This document shows, in pieces, positions 10,428-17,999 of a DNA stretch of 64,000 nucleotides; the first letter of the stretch is position 1; each line of letters begins with the position of its first letter. The DNA is from a virus. Below the pieces are notes generated by a model, which did no database searches, was not told where the DNA came from, and saw only the letters and a list, made by a program, of their open reading frames with translations. Position numbers and translations under genes: made by a program. The stretch is taken from IMG/VR virus record IMGVR_UViG_3300045988_160639; one strand, given 5' to 3'.

Positions 10428-11527
10428 TCGTCATCACCGTTTTTATAATCCTTTGGTAATTTTATAAATGTTTCAACAGAAGGTCTGTTTTTTTTAGAGG
10501 TATCATCCGTAAAAATCCCATAGGGGTCTCCATATTGAGATAAATAATCATCTTTCATCTTATCATAAAAAGCATATACGTCTTTATATTCGCACAATGG
10601 AAGCCCTTTAAGCCTACGGCAATAGTTAATATAACACCAAATAATAAAATCTGGTGCATCATTGGGCTGGTATCTAAATCTTGGTAAGATTTCAACAATA
10701 TCTACTGCTTGCTCACAAGCTTTGGATATTTCGGAGATACAAGTTACACCACCTTGTAAATCAGCTTGTGTGAGTTGTTTGGGTGTAAGTTTTGCTTTAT
10801 CGGCAGCTTCTTGTGCTGCTTTGTTCCATTTGTCCGCAGATCCTACGTCCCCTTGTGCAGTGGCTTCCTCTTCTTTTACTTTAAAACGTACATATGTAGC
10901 GAGTGCTTCTTCGTGCAAATTTGTTTGTATAGAATAATTTTCTTTGAGTTTGTTGAACTTTTTAACCATTTTTCTATACTGCGTTTTTGTATATCCATCA
11001 CCAAACAAATCTAAAACATCATCGGTTACTACAAAGTCATCGACTTGCTTTACATACACTTCCTCATTCTTATTAACGGTCTTACCGGTTGTTGTAACTG
11101 CCGAAGAAACAGTTTTACCTTGAGATAAAAGATTTATAGAATCGAGAAATCCCAATTTTGAGTATTGCGGTAAAGTTCCTATATTTTTAAAATAACACCC
11201 TATAATATCAGTTCTACCTTTTCCAAGTTCAACCGATTTTTGTACTTCTTTTATAGCAGAGTCCAAAGCTTCTGGAACATAAGGCTTATCCATCAACATT
11301 AACTTCTGTTTAAACATTTCAACGTTTATAGTTCCATCTGAATTGCAAGACCCTGTTTTAATACAATTTTTACAAATATCGTAAGTTTTACCATCGCTTG
11401 AAACAGATGATATTTTGGAGGGCGATGATGAACTCACAACGTAGAATTGTGATAAATTTTTTTCTTTTCCACATTCTCGACATACTTTTTTTCCAACAGG
11501 TGCTTTAGCTCGTTTTTTTTGTGGCAT
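10424..11527 (-). CDS. Zn-ribbon protein upstream of terL (possible small terminase / DNA-recognition subunit)
   Basis: Start reset to MPQKKRAK at 11527 (GGAGGTGGG SD). Has a CRECGKEK...CKNC zinc ribbon. Overlaps the terL start by 4 nt. Confidence 0.45.
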   Translation of the reverse strand: MPQKKRAKAPVGKKVCRECGKEKNLSQFYVVSSSSPSKISSVSSDGKTYDICKNCIKTGSCNSDGTINVEMFKQKLMLMDKPYVPEALDSAIKEVQKSVELGKGRTDIIGCYFKNIGTLPQYSKLGFLDSINLLSQGKTVSSAVTTTGKTVNKNEEVYVKQVDDFVVTDDVLDLFGDGYTKTQYRKMVKKFNKLKENYSIQTNLHEEALATYVRFKVKEEEATAQGDVGSADKWNKAAQEAADKAKLTPKQLTQADLQGGVTCISEISKACEQAVDIVEILPRFRYQPNDAPDFIIWCYINYCRRLKGLPLCEYKDVYAFYDKMKDDYLSQYGDPYGIFTDDTSKKNRPSVETFIKLPKDYKNGDDE

Positions 11528-11595
11528 TATCCCACCTCCAATTTTTATTAATTTGGTCATCCTTAATTCCTAACACGGAACTTCAGATATTAATA

Positions 11596-11625
11596 AAAGC
11601 ACCATTTTGTGATGAATGGTGCTTT
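11596..11625 (-). terminator. Hairpin terminator downstream of integrase
   Basis: 11-bp stem AAAGCACCATT / AATGGTGCTTT with A/T runs on both sides, so it could work in both directions. Confidence 0.5.
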
Positions 11626-11804
11626 GCGGATTTTAGACGGTTTCCGTAACCCCTATATAAAACTGCTTTAGGTGCAGTAACCTTTACGGTTTTTAGTAGT
11701 ATCCTTCTACAATGGAATAGGTTTATTGTCTCTATTCCGACATTTCGTTTTATATTGTGTGGGTAAACCACTATGTCTTTTAATGTGTCTGCTGTGAGAC
11801 GATG

Positions 11805-12820
11805 TCATCCTTCAAATCCAAACATATCATTTATGACATCTTCATCTTTGTTCTTTAAGTATCCTTGGGTTGTTCCCACGTCTGTATGATGTGCCACTAC
11901 TCGGACGTGATCTAAATCAAACACCTTATTAGTTCCATCTGGATTTTTAAGCCTTTCATCCTGACCGGTAGATAAGCACTCCAAACGAGAATGTCTTATA
12001 CTATGTGGAAATATATTAACTTCTTCACCACGAATTTCAGATAATATCTTTGAGCATTTTAATATACGGTTGTAAAGGGCATCTTTGGTCACTTCCACCT
12101 TATTCTTACCGTGTCCGTTAATCCAAAGGCTTTCAATATCATCATTTCCACGTTCTTCAAGATATTGACGTATTAACTCTTTAGTGTCGTTTAGATAAAC
12201 AAGAGGAAATGTCTTGCCACGCTTTCCTTTAACAATATTTGTCTTGTTTCCATCAAGTAATCCTGCTTTCTTAACTTGGTATATTTCATTTCTTCTACCA
12301 GCAGAATCATAACTTAAACTCCATAAAACTGCTGTCTGTAAATCACCCATTTCAACAAGTTTATCTCTAACTGCTATAAATTCTTTAAACGTAAAGAAAA
12401 ATCGTCATCATTAGTTTTAACTCGTTCCCTCGGAAGACCTTTTACCTTTTTAGCATAATTGACATCATAATTGTATTCATCGTCCTCTTCGCAGTAAGTA
12501 AGCATACTGTTTACGGTCGCTTTAAGCCTATTTACTCTATTTGCCGACATATTACAATCTTCAGAAAGCCAAATACTCATATTTCTGAAATCTTTCTTGC
12601 TCATTTCAAGAATAGATTTATTTTTATGATGAAGTAATACATAAATTAAAATAAACCTTCCATCTTGAAAATAAGCTTCAATCGTAGAATTAGCTTTCTT
12701 TTGCTGTCTATATTCAGCGAGAAAATCTTCAAGTATAGCTTTATTTTCGGGATTTACTTGCTCCCAAAGTTCAGGAGTATAAACCCTATTATAAACACCT
12801 CTACTACGAGCCAATTTCAT
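11805..12820 (-). pseudogene. Tyrosine recombinase/integrase split by a -1 frameshift at a T5 run
   Basis: ORF 12374-12820 is the SAM-like N-terminal domain. ORF 11805-12350 carries AGRRNEI (Arg), HSIRHSR (HxxR) and HHTDVGTTQGYL (His...Tyr). The -1 frame reads continuously (FTFKEFIAVRDKLVEMGDLQ) across the A5 run at 12397-12401 (plus strand). Confidence 0.65.
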
Positions 12821-12944
12821 CCCGTCCTTTCCAACTTTTAAATAATTATTTTCTCAGAACCATTATGGTAGGGTAGAGTTTAACGTCATTCCACCCTCGA
12901 CTGGACGTACCGTTTATTAAAAGAGTGTCGGTATTCACTTCATA

Positions 12945-13020
12945 TGGGTGCGGAAGTTGGCTCTGCCCCAACGACCTCTTGCCTATGAAACAAGCGAGAT
13001 TCTGACTTCTCCATTCCGCA
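12945..13020 (-). tRNA. tRNA with CAU anticodon (Met or Ile2-type), non-canonical T-loop
   Basis: Hand-folded cloverleaf: TGCGGAA TG GAGA AGTCAGAA TCTC G CTTGT TTCATAG GCAAG AGGTC GTTGG GGCAGAG CCAAC TTCCGCA C CCA. The acceptor stem is a perfect 7 bp and CCA is encoded. Confidence 0.7.
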
Positions 13021-13027
13021 ATAAAAA

Positions 13028-13057
13028 GACAGTGAGCTACTATTGCAACCCACCGTC
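13028..13057 (-). terminator. Rho-independent terminator after gene 13075-13461
   Basis: On the minus strand the GACGGTG...CACTGTC stem is followed by TTTTTAT. Confidence 0.55.
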
Positions 13058-13074
13058 TCAATGTTATTATTTAA

Positions 13075-13461
13075 TTATTCTTCAACAGAGAACACCGTTC
13101 CAAGACCATCAAGACACTTATACATATCTGTATTGACATCAGATGCTACATAATAGAAATCTGATTCACTGCCAAGATATCTCTTTGTTTCATCACTCCA
13201 AGCTTTCTCAACCCAGAGTTCAGGAATATTATCGTGCCAAGTGACACTTACATAATATTCGCCACCATAGTCAAAGTCATTATAATCAAGGAGCTGAATA
13301 TCTATATCATCGTCAATGTTCATCATTGCTTTGATAATAGGCTTTGCGATATCACCCTGTACTACTACAGATACATCAATCTTCTGCTTAACATCATCAA
13401 GTATATCACCAACTAACATTTCTGTTGTAGGATATGTATTATGGGACTTTACCTTTAACAT
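13075..13461 (-). CDS. Hypothetical acidic protein
   Basis: 128-aa ORF with an SD-like GGGGG upstream. Confidence 0.55.
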   Translation of the reverse strand: MLKVKSHNTYPTTEMLVGDILDDVKQKIDVSVVVQGDIAKPIIKAMMNIDDDIDIQLLDYNDFDYGGEYYVSVTWHDNIPELWVEKAWSDETKRYLGSESDFYYVASDVNTDMYKCLDGLGTVFSVEE

Positions 13462-13476
13462 ATAATTACCCCCGAA

Positions 13477-13758
13477 TTACTTACTTTCAGCAACTGTATC
13501 CTTGAACATCTTACCTGCCTTAAATGAAGGTACATTCTTCTCTGCTATTTCAATAGGCTTTCCGGTAGAGGGATTCACACCTGTTCTTGCAGTTCTCTTA
13601 TGCTTTTCAAAAGCACCAAAACCGACAAAATTTACTCTCTCACCAGCAGCAACACTATCAACAATAGTATCAAGAATCACTGTAAGCACCTCATCAATCT
13701 GTGCCTTAGAAAGCTCTGAGTTCTCTCTAACCTTTGTAATAAATTCAGCCTTTGTCAT
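13477..13758 (-). CDS. hup: HU/IHF-family DNA-binding protein
   Basis: 93 aa. The segment GFGAFEKHKRTARTGVNPSTGKPIEIAEKNVPSFKAGK matches the HU beta-arm signature. Confidence 0.85.
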   Translation of the reverse strand: MTKAEFITKVRENSELSKAQIDEVLTVILDTIVDSVAAGERVNFVGFGAFEKHKRTARTGVNPSTGKPIEIAEKNVPSFKAGKMFKDTVAESK

Positions 13759-13790
13759 ATATTTTAATTTCCTTTCAATATCAATAAATT

Positions 13791-14906
13791 TTAGTCTGCC
13801 ATCAGACTATAAATACACCTATCAGAACCGTCATAAACAATAAAGTTCTGACTTGGTTTTGTTATCTTACACAATGAAACGGCGTAATCGTCACTTCCAC
13901 ACAAATTACCATTAACAGTAACGAACACATCACAATCGTTTATATCCTTATAAGAATGTGTATGTCCAAGGTGAATTTCCTTTGGAAGTTTCTTATATAC
14001 ATTTGTAAAATCAGAAATTACAGTGGCAAGTTTATCATTCTGACCGTGTGCAACACAAATTAACTCACCATTGATTTCATATGATACAAAATCAAGACCG
14101 TGAGATGTAATGAGAGTTACACGCTTATCAAGTCTAAGCCTAAGAAATTCAGGAATAAGCATCTCGAAATTTTCAGATGTCGCACAAGCCTTCTTATCAG
14201 CGAAGCAACGACCATGATTGCCTAATGTGGTGACAACTTTAACATTCTCATAATATGGGATAAGCTTATTTATGACCTGTACAAGAAGTTCAGAAACACC
14301 TACTATCTGAGTGATAATATCAGCTTCTTCAACATTTCTTGACGATATATTTATAATACCGTCCAACATATCACCATTTATTTCAACAATAAGGTCTGTT
14401 ACACCGTGTTTCTTGCTCTTAGCAATAATCTTATCTACAATGATATTAGCACGTTCAACAGCAACATCTAAATCATAATAATTCCACTGATTATCTATTA
14501 GCTTGCCATAGTGCCAATCTGAAAACTGTGCAATACCATAAACTCTTTCTAATTTTATGCTTGACTTAAAATCATTCAACTTAATAGGTCTTAAATTCTT
14601 GATTTCTTCTTTGAGAACGTCTGTAAGTGTTTCAAATCTTGCTTCATCACGCAAAATTTTTCTCTTTTCTCTGAGAATGTCTGCATTTTTACAACGTTCT
14701 TTATATACTTCGTTTCTTAAAATTTCAAGACGTTCCTGTTCTTCAGTAGAACAACCCTCAGCAATCTTATTGACGAAATACTTATATACAGCATATCCAC
14801 CATAGCGACCGCCAGTAAATGATTTTCTAAGTACATCTGGATGAGTATTAGTGTTTAACTCATCAACCATATCCACCCAAGTTTTATTGTTCAGAGGATT
14901 ATCCAC
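13791..14906 (-). CDS. Calcineurin-like metallophosphoesterase
   Basis: Ordered motifs SDWHYG (DxH), NGDMLDG (GDxxDG), LGNHG (GNH) and LGHTHS (GHxH). Confidence 0.75.
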   Translation of the reverse strand: MDNPLNNKTWVDMVDELNTNTHPDVLRKSFTGGRYGGYAVYKYFVNKIAEGCSTEEQERLEILRNEVYKERCKNADILREKRKILRDEARFETLTDVLKEEIKNLRPIKLNDFKSSIKLERVYGIAQFSDWHYGKLIDNQWNYYDLDVAVERANIIVDKIIAKSKKHGVTDLIVEINGDMLDGIINISSRNVEEADIITQIVGVSELLVQVINKLIPYYENVKVVTTLGNHGRCFADKKACATSENFEMLIPEFLRLRLDKRVTLITSHGLDFVSYEINGELICVAHGQNDKLATVISDFTNVYKKLPKEIHLGHTHSYKDINDCDVFVTVNGNLCGSDDYAVSLCKITKPSQNFIVYDGSDRCIYSLMAD

Positions 14907-14968
14907 CTTGTCTACAAGGTATTCAAGCTCCTCTTCATATGTAGAAAAATTTATATTAAGCCCTCCCT

Positions 14969-15151
14969 TTACAGTTTCTCACCATAAGAAACTGAAATCT
15001 TAACATCGGGCTTACCTACAAAATCCTTAATAAAGTCAGCAAGCACAACAGGCTCTTCCATATCTTCTACCTCGATAGTAATTATACCGTCATCAGTAGA
15101 AATAAGACCCTTTACGTCGCAACTATATTTTCTGTTAATTTTTGAAGCCAT
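14969..15151 (-). CDS. Hypothetical small protein
   Basis: 60-aa ORF with an AAGGAG SD upstream. Confidence 0.5.
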   Translation of the reverse strand: MASKINRKYSCDVKGLISTDDGIITIEVEDMEEPVVLADFIKDFVGKPDVKISVSYGEKL

Positions 15152-15169
15152 TATAAATATCTCCTTGCA

Positions 15170-15871
15170 TTATTCTAATTCATCTGCATAGTTACTTATC
15201 CAACCACGATAATTATGCGTGAGCTGACACACAGCACACCTTTCATCTTTTGCAAAATGATTAAGATAACGTACAAACCCACTGTTCTGAGGGTTACTAT
15301 ATAAATCAATCTGTCCTGAATGACCTATAACAACCACCTTGCAATTATCGTGTATTCTTGTAAGCACCTTTTTCAATTCATCAGTGTAGTAATTCTGTGC
15401 CTCATCAACAATGACGATTTTATTTTCAAAATTACAACCACGCAAAAACGTGTGTGTCATACATTCTATATATGCAGTACCATTCTTTTCATTCATTATA
15501 TCTGAATACATAGCTGTATTTAGATTTACACCTATCTTTTCCAAAGCTTGATAAAAAGGCTCAAAATAGGGTTCACTTTTCTCTTCGATTGAGCCTTTAA
15601 GAAAACCCTGTTTCTGTTCTTGTGTAGGAGCAGCAATAAATACAATGCCATTATACCTTCCAAATTTAACAAGAAGGTCTGCTGTTGCAGTTGCTATTGT
15701 TGTTTTACCCGTTCCTGCTCTTGCATTACAAAATACTATAAGTTTATCTTTGTTCCAAATAGCATCTCTAAACGCCTTTTGCTCATCATCAAGTGTTAAT
15801 CCAAAGAAAGGATTGTCTTCTAATGTTTCCGGTGGATTATCATATGTAATAGAAATTGATTTTCTTCCCAT
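15170..15871 (-). CDS. phoH: PhoH-like ATPase
   Basis: Walker A NARAGTGKTT, Walker B IVDEAQN, and a GHSGQID-type C-terminal motif. Confidence 0.8.
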   Translation of the reverse strand: MGRKSISITYDNPPETLEDNPFFGLTLDDEQKAFRDAIWNKDKLIVFCNARAGTGKTTIATATADLLVKFGRYNGIVFIAAPTQEQKQGFLKGSIEEKSEPYFEPFYQALEKIGVNLNTAMYSDIMNEKNGTAYIECMTHTFLRGCNFENKIVIVDEAQNYYTDELKKVLTRIHDNCKVVVIGHSGQIDLYSNPQNSGFVRYLNHFAKDERCAVCQLTHNYRGWISNYADELE

Positions 15872-15872
15872 A

Positions 15873-16496
15873 TTAAAGCACCTCGTCCAAGGAACAATCT
15901 ACACCAATAATATAGTCAGTAAAACCATATTTCTTTGCTTCATCAGCATAAGTGTAAAATTCTACACGATAATTTTCGTCATATTCCTTTTCAGTAAGGT
16001 TACTGTGTTCAAGAACATATTCCTTAATTCTCTGCTCACGTTTTTCTTGAAATTTAAGCTGGTCTTTACACTTTGCAGAGCTATCCCACACAAAATTCTG
16101 TCCATCGTGAAGAAGAAAAGTTGCATTTGGCATAGCATAACGTTTATGTCCTGCAAGACCAATAAGAAATCCCATACTATACTGGTATGCAAGATTTATC
16201 GTATACACTGGAGTTTTACTATTTGTAATGACATCTATAATTCCAAACCCGTCTATAACAGACCCTCCAACAGACGTACAATACAGAAAAATAGGCTTTC
16301 TATCAGCTACATCAATATCCTTATCTTCAACATTGAATCTCAAAATTTCATAGATTACATCGTGAGCTGAAATAGCTTCAATTTCATCATTGAGATAGAT
16401 TTTTCTCTCCGAATGCGAACTCATATCAAACAAGTCCATATATTCACAATTTACAGTGAGATTTGCATTTTCCAGAGGCTTCTTAACGTCAATCAT
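15873..16496 (-). CDS. clpP: ClpP-family serine protease subunit
   Basis: IFLYCTSVGGSV, YQYSMGFLI (catalytic Ser context) and FLLHDG (His context) are collinear with ClpP. Confidence 0.7.
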   Translation of the reverse strand: MIDVKKPLENANLTVNCEYMDLFDMSSHSERKIYLNDEIEAISAHDVIYEILRFNVEDKDIDVADRKPIFLYCTSVGGSVIDGFGIIDVITNSKTPVYTINLAYQYSMGFLIGLAGHKRYAMPNATFLLHDGQNFVWDSSAKCKDQLKFQEKREQRIKEYVLEHSNLTEKEYDENYRVEFYTYADEAKKYGFTDYIIGVDCSLDEVL

Positions 16497-16572
16497 ATTA
16501 AAATTTTCCTTAAAAATAAGTTACTGTCACACGACAGCCCTATGTTTTACATAGGATATTTGATTTTTTGTT

Positions 16573-16709
16573 ACTGTCCCACAGCCGTACCTACTATAAG
16601 AAAAGGAGATAAAATATATTTTCAGGAGGTATATATTTATGAAAAGAGTTTGTAAAAGGAGATGAACCACAGTGGCTTGTGGATATAGTAGGTAGGGTTC
16701 TGGGACAGT
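16573..16709. repeat. 26-nt imperfect inverted repeat pair separated by about 85 nt
   Basis: ACTGTCCCACAGCCGTACCTACTATA (16573-16598) pairs with TATAGTAGGTAGGGTTCTGGGACAGT (16684-16709). A third GTTACTGTC copy with its own CTGTC-ACAC-GACAG hairpin lies near 16531. Confidence 0.6.
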
Positions 16710-16721
16710 AGGGATAGTTAG

Positions 16722-16916
16722 TTACTCAGTAATTGACCTAACATCAGTATTTCTGAGCTTCGCCAAAGCAATAAGATTTCTCTTTTCTTCAACAAGATAA
16801 TACTTTCCACGACCTGATTTAGTTCTGAGGGTCTTGTGGATTTCTACATTAGAAAGTATTTTTCTGAGTTCCTGCGCTTCGGCTTTTGAAATTGCGATCA
16901 AATTTTTAACCACCAT
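16722..16916 (-). CDS. Hypothetical small basic protein
   Basis: 64-aa ORF. Its ATG sits only a few nt downstream of a TTGACA...TATTAT-like element, so the mRNA may be leaderless. Confidence 0.45.
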   Translation of the reverse strand: MVVKNLIAISKAEAQELRKILSNVEIHKTLRTKSGRGKYYLVEEKRNLIALAKLRNTDVRSITE

Positions 16917-17026
16917 TCATAATAAATTTTTGTTTAATTTGTCAATTTACATTTGACTTATTGTGTGATATAGTATATACTAGGGGGCTTATTTAAAACT
17001 ATATCATATCATATATTAACAATAAT

Positions 17027-17072
17027 AGAAATCACCCACAAACCACATAGATACGTCATTTGTGGGTGATTT
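17027..17072. terminator. 15-bp stem hairpin terminator
   Basis: GAAATCACCCACAAA / TTTGTGGGTGATTTC, located just downstream of minus-strand gene 17097-17999. Confidence 0.6.
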
Positions 17073-17096
17073 CTATATTAAATAAAAATACGGAAA

Positions 17097-17999
17097 TTAC
17101 TTCTTTTTTCTCTTTCTATCGTATTCCTTCACATATTTATCTTGACATTCATTACACCTCTTCTTATTTTTTACTATACCGACAACTTCAAACTCAGTAC
17201 CACAATCACAACAAACAATGGTTTTTATATTCTTTTTCTCATATCCTTGACATTTATCACAATATATCTGATGATTAGATTTCTTATAAAACACATTGCC
17301 ACACTTATTGCATTTTCTAATTTTCTTATTACCGTTATACCATTCAAACCAATATCCAATATTATTATAATTAATTATTTCAAACGCAACCTCGCCAAAA
17401 TCACCATTATAATCAATCTGCTCCATAAAGTTCATTCTGATACAACCGCGATTGTAAAGCTGTAAATAACCCCTCTTAGCAAGTTTTGAAATGAGGTCTA
17501 TATTTATATCTACCTTACTCGAAATATTACTTATTTTCTTCAGGTTAGAATATCTTGATGTTCCACCTTTAAAATAAATGTTATCATAAGGTTCATCTGG
17601 TTTCTTGATTTCAAAGTATTCTTTATTAAGTTTATAGACTATAAGCAATGTAAACAACAGTTTCTTTTCATCAAGAGTCAGTTCTGCACTATTGAAATAA
17701 TTAATCTCACACTTTAGAACAGGAACACTTTCTATTGTTATTAATTGATTTTTCTTACAAGTAGAATAATCTATCGCCTTATTAACCACCTTGTAGTATC
17801 TCATTCTGTGATAATCTTTGATATATTTCTTACAAATATTATGTAGTTCATTCTTTCTATCTTCCTTTTTTCTTATATCAAGAATATCACGAAGATAAAG
17901 TGCCACAAGTTTAATTTCTGTGTTAAAATACTTTTTAGAAAATCCGTGTTTAATTATATTTTCAGCATAATCTAAGTCTTTATATTTAAACTCATTCAT
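17097..17999 (-). CDS. Hypothetical protein with C-terminal double zinc ribbon, translationally coupled to the RNAP-like gene
   Basis: 300 aa. Motifs CNKCGN...CDKC and CCDCGT...CNEC. Has a 4-nt overlap with the upstream 931-aa gene. Confidence 0.55.
   Translation of the reverse strand: MNEFKYKDLDYAENIIKHGFSKKYFNTEIKLVALYLRDILDIRKKEDRKNELHNICKKYIKDYHRMRYYKVVNKAIDYSTCKKNQLITIESVPVLKCEINYFNSAELTLDEKKLLFTLLIVYKLNKEYFEIKKPDEPYDNIYFKGGTSRYSNLKKISNISSKVDINIDLISKLAKRGYLQLYNRGCIRMNFMEQIDYNGDFGEVAFEIINYNNIGYWFEWYNGNKKIRKCNKCGNVFYKKSNHQIYCDKCQGYEKKNIKTIVCCDCGTEFEVVGIVKNKKRCNECQDKYVKEYDRKRKKK

Noticed and set aside
1-11560. crAss-like podovirus assignment based on the replication gene set
   Set aside because: A tail-tube-like gene and sipho/myo-type neck genes are present. 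Strong GGAGG SD sites and TTGACA/TATAAT promoters argue for a Firmicutes-type host. This cannot be settled without searches, so no taxonomic call is made.
11662-11678. Hairpin with loop ACCTAAA that could present a CUA (amber suppressor) anticodon on the minus strand
   Set aside because: No acceptor stem or T-arm can be built around it, and position 33 would be C rather than U. It is not a tRNA.
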